This document shows positions 48,123-60,590 of a stretch of DNA of 64,000 nucleotides, one piece after another. The notes beneath the pieces were generated by a model. The model worked only from the letters and a program-made list of their open reading frames with translations. It was not told where the DNA came from and did no database searches. A program made the position numbers and the translations under genes. This stretch comes from Mantamonas sphyraenae STR306 (Eukaryota; Protista; CRuMs): positions 124,001 to 188,000 of the forward strand of contig JAPMXV010000023.1 of the NCBI GenBank assembly GCA_026936335.1, given 5' to 3'. Position 1 is the first letter of the stretch, and each line of letters starts with the position of its first letter.

Positions 48123-49274
48123 TCATTGAACAGCGCACACCTTTGTGTCGTCCGTGACAGACACACCGTCCCAGCGCTTGAGACCGAGGACTTTCATGCC
48201 ATCTTCGTCGAGTTCGTCGGTGAGGTTTTCCTCGTGCTTCTCCAGCAGGGTGGCCACTGTGAGCGCACGGGCCTTCTCTACAGTCTTGTTGGTCAGAGGC
48301 GGCTCTTTCCACATTTTGATATACTGGCAGAGGCGGAAGTTGGTGCTGTTGTTGGGATGGTTGCCGTGCGGCTGGCGAGAGTCCCAGATGACAAGCGAGC
48401 CCGCACGCACGGCAATCTTGCGGATGTGGTGGCGCATGGGATCGTCCTTGGGCACAGACACAAAGGAGGCATTGTGTTTCTGGCTCTCGAAAAGGTCGTC
48501 GTGAGCCTTGGCCCAGGAGCGTAGCTGCTTGGCGAAGCCAGGGACTGTGTGGAAGCCACCATCTTCTTCCCTGGCGTCGCTGATGGCCAACAGTCCCTGC
48601 ACAGTGGCATTCTCGCCCATTTGGGCATCGTTGTTCTCCAGCAGGAGGCTGGAGGGCGAAAGCAGCTGGTTGCCGTCCAAATACTCGGTGTATGCCTCTC
48701 GTTGCGTGCTCACCGAGTCGTCGTGGGAGTGCAGGCGATGAAAGTACCATGGGTTCAGATCCCAGTGCAGCCACTTTTCGATGGATCTGCGTTTGGGAAA
48801 CTCGTTGCCGTTCTCGTCAAAGGTGGGTCTCATGGCGCCAAAGCGGTCGACGCTGACGCGCAGTTCGTTGGTGCCCACGGTGAGCTCAAAGGCCTTGCGC
48901 AGATTCTTGTTGAGCCTGTTCTTCCAGGCCTGAAGCGCTGTGCAAGGCTGGGAGCTGACGATGCCCATTTGCGCACCAAAGGGCCACCCCTCGTCCCAGG
49001 TGCTCTCGTCGTTGCGGTCAACCCCTGAGGAGAGCACTTCGATGGTGTCCCACACCGCGTCGACAGAGGCGTCAATCTCCTCCTGGGTCAGGATGTCCCG
49101 CACGACGACAAAGCCAAAGTCGTTGAAGAATTCCACGAGGGCTTCCTCGTCATCCAAAGCAAAGGAGGGAAAGAAGCCCTCTTCGTCGTTGTCAATCTCG
49201 GGATAGTCGAATTCGACCTCTGCAGAGGCCAGTGTGGTGGTCCTGCTGGCCGTATGGCCGTGTTTGGAGCTCAT
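48123..49274 (-). CDS. PhyH-like Fe(II)/2-oxoglutarate dioxygenase
   Basis: FFNDFGFVVV, WLHWD (HxD), VQGL, GGF..VPG, AGSLVIWDSRQPHGN, R..QY. Confidence 0.75.
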   Translation of the reverse strand: MSSKHGHTASRTTTLASAEVEFDYPEIDNDEEGFFPSFALDDEEALVEFFNDFGFVVVRDILTQEEIDASVDAVWDTIEVLSSGVDRNDESTWDEGWPFGAQMGIVSSQPCTALQAWKNRLNKNLRKAFELTVGTNELRVSVDRFGAMRPTFDENGNEFPKRRSIEKWLHWDLNPWYFHRLHSHDDSVSTQREAYTEYLDGNQLLSPSSLLLENNDAQMGENATVQGLLAISDAREEDGGFHTVPGFAKQLRSWAKAHDDLFESQKHNASFVSVPKDDPMRHHIRKIAVRAGSLVIWDSRQPHGNHPNNSTNFRLCQYIKMWKEPPLTNKTVEKARALTVATLLEKHEENLTDELDEDGMKVLGLKRWDGVSVTDDTKVCAVQ

Positions 49275-49398
49275 GATTGGAACGGAGTGCGTTGGATTGG
49301 ATTGAATTGCGTGGAGCCAGTGGATTGATTGCGACACCAGGAAATGAGGATGTATTCTACTGTATGACGACATGAACCCACCACGACCGTGCATGGCA

Positions 49399-50043
49399 TC
49401 ACCGCCCCACAAAGCACCAGTCGATGGCAACAGGTTCGCCGTACACGTTCTTGCCCTGGCATTCGTCCAAGGCAGCCTTGGCTTCGTTGTAGTTGTCAAA
49501 AGTGACCCACGCATGACCCATGGACGCCCCCGTGCGTCTGTTGAGCGGGAATCGGACTCCCTTGACATCAAAGTCGCCAAAGAGATCTTCGACACTTTCC
49601 TCGTCGCTCTCTGTGTGGAGGCCAGACACAAAGAGGACAAAGCCTTCCTCGGCTGTATCATTGGTGGGTACGTGAAGCGCCCGTGGGCGTGAGTGTGTGC
49701 TTGCAAACGGACCTCATGCACGGAGAGAGGCCACAAACTCACACTCGACAGGTTCGCCGCGCGCCGCGTGTCCTCGTCCGGCGTCAAAGTGGCCCGAGGA
49801 GCCACCGTAGCGCTGAGAGACGTCGGAACGCATGCTGAAATCGCTGCCGCGGCCTTTGATGACAATCTCGCTGGCGACAGTGGCTGTGTTGGAAGTGTGG
49901 GTGAGATCTGGCTGTGGCGGCGAGGTCGGAGAAGGCGAACGGACGTCCTCGGCATGGGCCGGGGACACGGGATGGTCAACAACGAGCACTTGACCGTCGA
50001 CAATGTCTACGGCAATGTCAAGGTCGTCGGGGTGGGTGGCCAT
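49399..50043 (-). CDS. RBM8A: Exon-junction-complex RRM protein Y14/RBM8A, two introns
   Basis: IKGRG, spliced P.ESEEGFVLFVSGLHTE, NRRTG, IDWCFV. Confidence 0.75.
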
Positions 50044-50100
50044 GGGGAGGAAAGAGTGCGTGGGCAAGCGCAGCGCGAGCTGCGGCAGCAAAAAGCAGCG

Positions 50101-53100
50101 ATGGGCCGGCGAGGACGCAATCAACGGCGCAACCGTAGTGCAGCGAAGGAGATTAACATGGATGTGTACGATGCAGAAGAGGGGAGGGACAACCGCACGG
50201 AGAGGCGAGTGACGGCGCGTGAGGATCGGCCTCAAAACTACGAGTACCAGCTGCCGGCTGACTTTGAGGACGAGGAGATTGATGAAGAGCTGGCGTTTGG
50301 TGAAGAGGACGACGGAGACGATTTTGCGTATGGGGTGCATTCTTCGTCGCGCTGGTCGATTTCCGAGCCGAGCAAGGGGCCCTCGGTAGGTGAAACATGC
50401 AGCGCAAATCCGCCCGTGAGGAAGTCGGGACGCAGGCTGACACGGACGGAACCACACAGGATCTGCTTGGGGAGGATTCGGAGAGCGAAGACGATTTCGG
50501 GGCTGAGGACACGCTGAACAGTGACGAGAGCGATGAGGAGGAGGGTGGGGTGGACATCTCAAGCATGCTGGACGAGAAGCCGCAAGAACGTGCGGCACAC
50601 GACCGGTTGGTGCGCAAGATTGTGTCTGCAAGCCGAGGGCCGCGAGACAACGAGGCAGGCTTGGAGAGCATTGCCGCACTGAGGAAGCAGCGCAAGGGAA
50701 GGGGTCGCGGACCGGCAGGACCAGAGGCAGAATTTCCAGGCATGGAGGGAGGCGCACAGGAGGAGCTGGAGCTGGACACGCTGCTGGAGGGACTGGACAC
50801 GACGGTGCCCGGGTATAGCAAGCTGAAGAAGCAGGTGAAGAGTCTGCAGAAGCGCGGACGAGCGGGGGCGGCGGACGAGTTGCTGGAAACGCCTGTGGAC
50901 AAGGTGGTGACGGAGCGCATGACGCGTCAGGTGTCGTACGATCAAACAAACAACTATCTGAAGCGGTGGCAGTCTGTGGTGAAGATGAACCGCGAACGGC
51001 ACACGCTGGATCTGACGAAAGAAAAGGTGCGGGTGCCTGCACCGAGCACAGGCAGCATGGTGGAGAACCACGAGGCACGCAGCGAGATGGAACGCGAAGT
51101 GCAAGAGCTGCTGATGGCATCGGGGATGCAGGAGCAGGAGCTTGCGCGTGCAGAAAAGCTGGCGTTGAACAAGCTGGACCCGAAGCAGGTGGAGAAGCGC
51201 AATCAGGAGCTGGCGCGCATGAAGTCGTTGCTGTTTCACCACGAGCAGAAACGCAAGCGGATGAGCAAGATCAAGAGCAAAACGTACCGAAAGATTCGCA
51301 AGAAGCAGCGAGATCGGCTGCAGGCGAAGCTGGAGGATCTGGATCCAGAAGCGGCGGAGGAGCGTGCGATGAAGCAAGAGTACGACCGGATCAAAGAACG
51401 CATGTCGCTGAAGCACAAGAACACAGGACGATGGGTCAAGCGTGCGCTGCGCAAGGGGATCCGCAACGAGGGCACGCGTGCAGCCATTGCGGAGCAGTTG
51501 AATATGAACGCGGAGCTGGAGCGCAAGATGCGCAACGCTGATGGAGAAGATGGAAACTCGAGCGACGAAGTGCTGGAAATGGACTCCGAGGAGGAGGAGG
51601 AGTTCTACTCGTACCTGCAGGACCAGGGTCTGTCGATGGAAGACGTGCCCGAGGTGCGGAAACGCAAACGGGGCGGCGAGGACGACGAAGACAGCGAAGA
51701 CGAGGAGGAGGACAGCGACAGTGAAGGCGAAGATGACGAAAAGGCACAGCGGCGTCGTGCGGTGAAGGAGCGACTGCGCAAAATGCGACGCATGATGGAC
51801 CCCAGCGAAGATGCGCCGGAGGTGCCGACCAAGGGCATCTTTGGGATGAAGTTTATGCAGCAAGCGATGGAACGAGAGCGTAAGGAGGCGCAGGAGATGT
51901 TTGAGAAGTTTGGGGAGGACTACAAGAACATGGACGACCTGGACAAGGCAGAAGCAATGGAGCAGGGCGGAGAGAGCTCGGATGGAGAGGATGGAGCGGA
52001 GGACGACGAGGCGCTGTACGACAGCGACGAAGACGCGGTGGACAGGCGTGCACGTGAGCGCCGTGAACGAGAGGCACGGGCAGAAGCAGCCGCAGACGCA
52101 GAGATGGAGGAGGAGGCGGAGGAGGCGGAGGAGGCACGGAAGGAGGCAGCAGAAGCAAAACGACGAGCAGGGGCTGAGGCATTCCGAGAATCGTTTGCAG
52201 GCGGCAGCTTGGAGTTGGACCGAGTTGGCCTGTCTGGAGGGCATCGCACGCGCACCGGTGGGCACGTGGGCGTCGGCAAAGAGGTGACGAGTGATGAGAT
52301 GGGCGGCCTGGCTGGCAAGCCTGGCAAGAAGAAGAAAGAGAAGAAGGGGAAGAAGGGTAGTGAGAAGAAGAGTGGTGGAGAACAGGCACAGGGGATGGTG
52401 ATGGAAGAGGAGGAGAGCGAGGAAAGTGAGGCGGAAGAGGAGGTGGAGGATGAGGAAGACGAGGAGGAGGATGGAAACGGAGGTGACAACCCGTGGCTTG
52501 CAGTGGACAGGGAGGCGCAGGGCAAGTCGGAACGTGTCAAGGCGCTGCAGGAGGAGGACGAGGAGGAAAAGGTGGTGATGATTGACAACAACACGGGCAT
52601 CGACATGAACAAGGGCAACGACGGCGTGGAGGGGGAGGAGGATGAAGAGGATGAGAACGAAAACATGCTGTCGCTGAGGAGCTCGCAGAACCAGGAGATC
52701 CTGAGACAGGCGTTTGCAGACACGGGTTTGGAGGTTGCGTTTGCAAAGGAAAAGGCAGCGCAGGTGGAGACGGAAAACCCGGAGGAAGATGTGAAGGAGA
52801 GGCGAGGCTGGGGCGAGTGGACAGGACGAGGTGTGAAGCTGAGCAAGAAGAAGCAGGCGTGGAAGAAGAAGCAGCTGAAGGCTCGGAAGGAGGCAGTCGC
52901 AGTGGCGGCGGCGGAGGCGCGAGGCAAGCGGAAGGATGCAAAGCTGAAACACGTGATTATCAACGAAAAGAGAGACAAAAAGGCGGCCAAGTACATGCTG
53001 GACAACCTGCCCCATCCGTTTGCGAGCAGGGCGCAGTACGAGAGGACGATTGCGCATCCGCTGGGCTCGGAGTGGAATGCGGGCAACGCGCACCGCAACA

Positions 53101-53360
53101 TGACGCGACCCGAGGTGATTACACAACGGGGACAGGTCATTGACCCGATTAGTTTTGACCAGGCGAAGCACGACGTGCTTGTGAAGCGAGAGAAGAAGCG
53201 AGTGCGAGGCGAGAAGCTGGCACAGACATTTGGACAAAAGAAGGCGGCGCTGGGCAAGGCGCTGGCAAGTGCAGAGACGCCGGCAAACCCGCACAGCAGG
53301 AGGCAACGCATGAAGCGGAAGGAGCAGAAGCAAAAGCGCAAAGGGATGGGGAGTGGATGA
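50101..53360 (+). CDS. UTP14: U3 snoRNP-associated protein Utp14; one intron ending at 50459
   Basis: RQVSYDQT...[49 protein letters not shown]...[15 protein letters not shown]. Confidence 0.92.
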
Positions 53361-53398
53361 GCGAGAGCCAAAGCAACAAAACAGAGAAGTGTGCAAGC

Positions 53399-56300
53399 AT
53401 GGGAGTGCCAGCATACTTTCGTTGGTTGACGAGAAAGTACCCAAAGGTGTTGGAGGATGCCAAAGAGGACGAAGGGACGGTGTTGGACGGGGTGCGGGTG
53501 CCGCCTGTGTTGCAAGAGGCCAACCCGAACGGACGGGAGTTTGACTGCCTGTATCTGGACATGAACGGCATCATTCATCCGTGTTGCCACCCGGAGGGGC
53601 GTGTAGGTTTGGGTGGAAAGTCAAGACGGACTGAGGCGGGGCGAGAGAAGAACATGCATGGCTGACACAGGCGGGCTCCCACACACACAGCCGGCGCCCG
53701 GAAGCGAAGCAGAGATGATGAAGGAGGTGTTTATGTACATCGACAGGCTGTTCTCGATTGTGCGTCCGCGCAAGCTGTTGTTCATGGCCATCGGTAAGTG
53801 TGCGCAACTTGAGCGCAACTTCCAGATTCCGGCGAGGATGGTGGGTGGCGGGGCACAGCGCAGCAGCTGACAGGAAGAGGGCACACACAATGCACACACA
53901 CACAGATGGTGTGGCACCGCGTGCAAAGATGAACCAGCAGCGATCGCGCCGGTTCCGTGCGGCACAGGAGGCTGCAGTTGCGGCACAGGTGGAGGAGGAG
54001 CTGCGGCAAAAGTTCCTGAAGGAGGGCAGGCCGGTGCCGGAGAAGAAGGAGCACTGGGACAGCAACGTAATCACGCCCGGTACACAGTTTATGGACGAGC
54101 TGGCGCAGGCACTGCGTTTCTACGTGCGCAAACGGCAAGAGGAGGAACCTGCGTGGCGAGACATCAAGGTGATCCTGAGCGACGCGAACTGCCCTGGTGA
54201 GGGTGAGCACAAGATCATGGAGTACATCCGTGCACAACGCAGTGACAAGGACTACGACGTGAACACGAGCCACGTGCTGTACGGCCTGGACGCAGATCTG
54301 ATCATGCTGGGACTGGCCACGCACGAGATGGACTTTACGCTGCTGCGTGAGGTGATTTTCTTCAACAAGAACCAGAAAGCATGTGCCATTTGCGGCTCGA
54401 CATCGCACCCTGCGGCCAAGTGTCCGCGTACGATGAGCAAGGACGCAGGGGGAGGCGACGTGAAGCTGGGAATGGAGGACGAGGACGAGGACGAGGTGGA
54501 GGATCCGAGGCGCAATGCGATTGCGTACATGAAGCCCTTCCAGCTGATGAGCCTGCCTGCGCTGCGGCAGTATCTGGAGTACGATTTGGTGCGTCCGCTG
54601 CATGGGAAAGGGTGGGATTTGGAACGTGTGCTGGACGACTTTATCTACCTGTGCTTCTTTGTGGGCAACGACTTTCTGCCGCACCTTCCATCGCTGGACA
54701 TCTACGACGGGGCCATTGACATCCTGATGGACCTGTACAGGCGAATGCTGCCGGATTTGCCGGACTACCTGACCGAGTCTGGCGAACTGAACATCCCGCT
54801 GGCGCTGAAGTTTGCCCGGGAGCTGGGGTCTGTAGAGGACGAGATTTTCGCGCGGCGCAAGCTGCAGGAGGAGAAACGGAGGCGGGAGAAGGAGGCACGT
54901 GAGCATGATCAGGAGATGCGAAAGCAGGCGGAACAAGCGACGTCGTCGTCACGTGCAGCACAGGCACAGGCGCAGGCACAGGCCATGGACACGGAGGCTG
55001 TGAAAAAGGCCAATCAGAGTGCGGCAGCCAAGCTCAAGGCGCAGCTGGCGGCCAAGGAGCGGGAAGCGGCGGAAGAGTTTAACCGGCGGGCGGAGGAGAA
55101 CAACAAGGACGCGGGGAAGAAGAAAGTGGGTGTGCGGATGATGCCCATGGCCATCACGGGCTCGGGTGAGATGGAGGTAGAGGGAAAGGTGAAGAAAGTG
55201 GAGGAAAAGGTGGAGGAAAAGGTGGAGGGAAAGGAAGAGATGGAGGTGGAGGCCTCGGTGGCAACGGAGGCGACAGAGGAGGAGGACGAGGAGGAGGAAG
55301 AGGAGGACGCAGAGGCGGCAGAGGACGCATTCAAGGCGGCGGTGAAGGAAGAGGTGAAGGCCAAGATGGCATTGGATGGAGAGGACAAGGTACGGCTGGG
55401 TGAAGACGGATGGAAGCAGCGGTACTACCTGGACAAGTTTCCGCACTACGAGCCAAAGGAAGACAAGGCGTTTCGTGCACAATTGGCACTGAAGTATCTG
55501 GAGGGGATGTGTTGGGTGTTGAAGTACTACTACCAGGGCTGTGCATCGTGGCGTTGGTTCTATCCGGAGCACTACGCGCCGTTTGCGTCGGACCTGGGCG
55601 ACCTGCCAGACGACACGACGATTACGTTTGAGCTGGGCGAGCCGTTTACGCCGTTTGAACAACTGATGGGCGTGTTTCCGCTGGCGAGTTCGCACGCAAT
55701 CCCAAAGCAGCTGCGGCAGATGATGGACAAGGAGCCGCTGGTGCAGTTTTACCCGACCAAGTTTGAGATTGACCCGAATGGGAAGAAGCAAGCGTGGTTG
55801 GGTGTGGCACTGCTGCCGTTTATCGACGAACAGGTGTTGCTGGGAGAGATCCAACCTGTGGAGCGAGCGCTGGAGGCGGAGGATCCGGAGCTTGCACGAC
55901 GCAACGGGCTGGTTGCACACCAGGAACTGTTTGTGTACTGCGAAGAGGACGACGAGCAGCTGGAAGACGACCAGACGCAACGATCGGACGTGGCGCAGCT
56001 TGCCTACGAGCTGTACCGTATGCCGCAGCTCATGAAGATGTTTGGGGGCGAGGATAGCGAAGAGGGGCGTGAGGAGTGCAAACTGGAGGCCAACTGGGCG
56101 AAGCATGGGGTCAAGGGCGTGGTGAAGTACTCTACGGACCACGTGGGTCTGGGCATGACGGTGGAGAGCCCGCAGGCGGCACTGGGCATGGAGGACATTG
56201 ACGAGAATCATGTGTTGTTGGGCAACTACTACGTGCCGAAGAACGTGAAGCACCAGAGTGTGCTGCTGCCCAAGACACGCATGCTGCTGCCGTTGGACCA

Positions 56301-57093
56301 AAACGATCTGGCGGGCAAGCCGCGCGGACGTGCACACATCCTGCAGCACAGGCATCTGGACACAGGACGAAACCTGGGCGGGGGCTACGCAGCCAAGATG
56401 GTGAATGTGAGGCACGACAACTATGGGCGTGAAGGGTTCCAGCAGCGGCGCAACTACCAGGATCACAGCCAGCCGTTTGGGTACCGTGGAGGAGGACGCG
56501 GTGGAGGGCGAGGCGGCGGCGGAAGAGGGCGCGGACGAGGAGGATACCACGGTGGGCAGCCGTACGGGCAGCCGTATCAACACGGGCAGTCGTACCAACA
56601 GCACCATCGTGGAGGATACAATGTGGATCGAGGGCAGCACAGGGGCGGCTACGGGCAGCAGTTTGTGCCTCAGCAGCCATACAACCAAGGCACGCAGTTC
56701 CATCATCCTCAGTCGTATGGAAACAACCACAACCACAACTACGGCTACAACCAGGGGTATTCGACACAGGGCGCACGGCAACATACGTTCTTTGGCGGAC
56801 CTCAGGGACAACCGCAGCCGCAGCAGCAATTCGGAGGGGGAGGAGGATTCGGTGGGATGCAGCAGCAGCAGCCGCAGCCTCAACAGCATGTGTTTATGCC
56901 TCAGCAGCAGCAGGGGATGGCGTACATGCCATTTCCACAGGGTCAGGGGCATTTTGGAGGTGGAGTGCAGCCGCAGCCGTCGCAGCCGAGGATGCAGAGT
57001 TGGAGCAACAACAGCAACAGCAGCAGTGGGAGTGGGAGTGGGAGTGGGAGTGGAGGAAAAGGCAAGAAGAAGCAGTTTGTGCGCAAGGGTTGA
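53399..57093 (+). CDS. XRN2: 5'-3' exoribonuclease XRN2/Rat1 with zinc knuckle and RGG/Gln-rich tail; two introns
   Basis: [79 protein letters not shown]. Confidence 0.93.
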
Positions 57094-57125
57094 AGGGTTG
57101 AGGGAAACAAAAGGAACAAAACTGC

Positions 57126-58855
57126 TCATTCGTTGGATTCTTCTGGCTCTCCGAACGGATCGGCTTCGGCGACGAGCGCGTTGGGTCCGTCGTCTTCATC
57201 GTCTTGGTAGTCGTCGATGTGGTCGACAAAGGCGTCTGCGTCGTCGTGATCGCCGTCCGCGTCGTCTTCGTCGTGGTCCAGAAAGTCGTCCAAGGCGGCA
57301 AGGTCCTCCTCGGTGACTTCGACAAATTGATCAAGATCTTGGTAGTCATCGAGATGGTGCTTCTCCGCTTGCTGTTGTTGCTGCTCGTCGTGGGTGACTG
57401 GGTCTGGAGAAGAGGAGGACGAGGCGTCGTCGACAAAGTCGGCCAATGTGGCGCCGCCCTGGACCATTTCGTCCATGTTTGCCTGCTTGCGTTCAGGGAT
57501 GTGATCGCCCTGGCCGAGTTGGTCGAGATTGCGCTGGAAGCGGGCACGGAACTGGTCTGTGGCGAGGTCGAGGGGACGGTAGCCGGCTTTGTTGAGGACG
57601 GTGAGATCGGCGCCTCCTTCGTGGTAGACGGTCCAGGAGGCGTCAAACTTGCGGTACTGGGCAAACACATGGAGGGGTGTGAAGAGGTCGTTGTCGGCGA
57701 GTGTACAGTTGGCGCCTGCGTTGATGAGGAGCGAGAGCAGCTGCTCGTTGTCGGTTTGGAAGGCGCCGCAGTAGAACAAAGGGGTCCATCCCTGGGCATC
57801 CTGCAGGTCTGGGTTTGCACCGTGGTCGAGAAGCAGCTTGCAGATTTCCAGGGCCTCCTTGCGCTTGTCCGGCTCGACTTGCTGCACAAGGGTGTGCAGA
57901 GGCGTGTCCCCTTGTGTGGTTTGTGCGTTTGCATCTGCACCGTACTCCTCGAGGAGGAGCTTGACCATGTCGACGAGGGAGTTTGCGGCGGCATAGTGGA
58001 GGGGTGTCTTTCCGCCGTGGTCGGTGGCGTTGATATTTGCCTCGTGACCCAGCAGCTGCCAGGCAAGATTGAGCTTCTGCTGGCTGCGTGCGCAGTGGTG
58101 GAGAGCCGTGCAGCCTTCCTTGTCCTTGAGTTCAGTACGTGCGCCGGACTCCAACAGAATCTGGGAGATAGGATGGAAAGGAGTGGGTGCAATGGCGGGG
58201 TGAGGAGGGACGAAAACATGGTGGGGAGGGGCAGCGGCTCCTGCGAGGAGCGAGGGCATGGAAGTGTGCAGTGCGACGGAAAGGGATGGGATGGATTGGG
58301 TGGGAGGAGAGAGAGACAGAGAGAGAGGAGGAGGGAAGCGGTTGGAGAAGAGAGACTGACCTGAACGGCACGTGCAGCCCTGTTTGCGTGGGGGCCGATG
58401 CAAGCGAGAATGAGAGGTGACTTGCCGTCGACCTGGTCGTCCATGTCGACGGAACCACGCGCAAGCAGGACTTCGATGACACTGTCCTGTGCGTAGAAGC
58501 AGGCGAGGTGAAGCGGGGAAAAGCCTTCTGCATCGGTGGAGTCTGTGTCGGCGCCGTGGTTGAGGAGAAGGTCGGCCATGACAACGTGACCAAAACGTGC
58601 GCACTCGTGGAGGGGAGTCTTGTCGTCGGCCATGCCCTTGCCATTGGGGTTTGCTTTGCAGTCTTCGAGGAGGTGTTTGGCCACTTGGAGGGCGTTGTTG
58701 CGTGCACATAGGAGGAGCGGAGTGACACGGTCTCGGGTCAGTTCGGCGCTTACGGACGCGTTGACCTGCCGTGTGTGTTCGGCGGTAAATGCCTTTGCGT
58801 TCTCCAGATTGTCCTGGGCGCAGTCGTTGGCAAATGTGTCAAAGGCGTTGCCCAT
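57126..58855 (-). CDS. Ankyrin-repeat protein with possible N-myristoylation (MGNAF) and acidic tail; intron 58161-58360
   Basis: About 10 TPLH/SPLH ankyrin repeats across two exons. Confidence 0.85.
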
Positions 58856-58929
58856 GGTGGCACGACGGGGGTTGGAATGGGCGAGCTGGGGGAGTGCCTG
58901 AGTTGTGCGCAGGCTGCTCAAACGCAAAA

Positions 58930-60525
58930 ATGTCCACGAGGAGTTCCGTGGGGCCGCTGGAGACACGGCATCAGCAAATGATGGCTGTGGAGGAGAGTCT
59001 GTTGCATGCCAAGCGGCATGGCAAGTATCTGATGCTGCGTAGACTGTGCATGTACGAGAAGGAGAAGGAGAAGGAAATGGGACAGGAAGAGGTCAGAAAA
59101 GTGGCCAAGGCAAAGGTGCAGGCGTACCTTCAGCTGCGCTCGCTTCTGCTGTCGCACAAACGGCACATGATTGAGCAGAACCTATCGCGTAGCAGCGTCG
59201 TGGCCAAAATGGCCGAGAGTGCAGACGGGTAGGTGGCTTTGTGTGCTGGAGCCGGAACGAAAGCTGGGACGGCGGGCTTTTGCGGCTGGAAACGCTGACG
59301 CACAGGGATGTGGTGATGGGCGGTGTGGCGTGTGGGGACACACAGACGAGCATGGACAAATATTGACGAGGTGTCGGACCGGGCGTCGTCTGTGTCGCAC
59401 TCGTCGTTCTACGAGGACGGCGACGTGATGCCGCTGGAGCCGAGCGACATTGACGCGCAGCTGGTCAAGGCAAAGAGCAAGAAGCAGGCGGAGACACTGG
59501 AGGAGGCGTATGCATTCCGAGGGATGCATCACATCTTTACACACGCAAAGGACGCAGTGACGTGCGTGCAGTTTGGCAACGAAGATCGGGATCTTCTTGC
59601 GTTTGGCAGTCTGGACGGAACGATCACGGTGGCGACGGCCATGTACTCGCCAGGCATTGCCACCATCCTGGCTGGCCACAGGAAGGGGGTCACCGACATA
59701 CAATGGAGCAGCGGGAACGACTATCTCCTGAGCAGCAGCAAAGACGGAACGCTGCGTTTGTGGACGCCATCGCCGGGCAAATGTGTACGTACGATTGAGG
59801 ACGGGAAGCAGGCTGTGAACTGTTGTTGCTTCCATCCGCTGAACGCAAACATGATTGTGTCTGGAAACGAGCGAGGCCAGCTGCGGTCATACAATTTCAG
59901 CACGGGCCTGCAGCTGGACAAGACGAGCTACACAGGAGCCATCACAGCGCTGCGCTTCTCCATGACAGCGTACGGGGCGATTTTGTTTGTGGGCACGAGT
60001 AAGGGCAAGATGGGCGCATACACGGTGGACCTGCAGTCGGGCTCATTCAGCAAGGTGTTTCGCATGTCGGTGGGAGGAAAGGACGACCATGTGACGAGCA
60101 TTGCGTACAACAACTACCTGGGCACGCAAGCACACCCATTGCTGCTGGTGAACATTAGCGGGAGCAACGCAGTGCACGTGTTTGAGTTGACAAGCAGCAG
60201 CCGAGGCAACGTGGAGGCGCAGGTGCTTCGCACGTATGGCATCCAGCACAGGCATCATGGTTTGCGCTCTGTGTTTTGCCCTTTAATCCCATTCAACCGC
60301 AAGGGGGCATGTGTTGTCAGTGGCTCTGAGGACGCGACTATTTATGTGTACGACATCACGGACACGCGCGGCGGCGGGTTGGTCAACACACTGTTGGGCC
60401 ACAACGGGCCCGTGTTGGCCGTTCACTGGAACTACGACGAGTCGCTGCTGGTCTCTGCCGATTTGGCAGGCACGGTGATTTTGTGGAAGCGGATGGACTT
60501 TCAGATCGCAGAGCGGATTTTGTGA
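58930..60525 (+). CDS. WDR13: WD40-repeat protein WDR13-like; intron 59229-59345
   Basis: N-terminal QQMMAVE...YLQLRSLLL; YAFRGMHHIF; LRSVFCPLI; CVVSGSED; WNYDESLL. Confidence 0.85.
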
Positions 60526-60590
60526 GGCGGGTTCATCTTCATTCGCGAAAACACTTTGTACAGCGTGTGTTGGCACATCCAATCTCCTGT

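Noticed and set aside
33326-50460. Apparent frameshifts in the C9orf85-like, GNAT and UTP14 genes
   Set aside because: Explained by in-phase GT-AG introns, although the GTGCAT donors for GNAT and UTP14 need cDNA confirmation
50559-57129. Very long antisense ORFs (961 aa, 726 aa; also 39580-42291 +, 12790-14778 +, 60483-62570 +)
   Set aside because: Shadows of real genes on the opposite strand caused by biased codon usage; no motifs of their own
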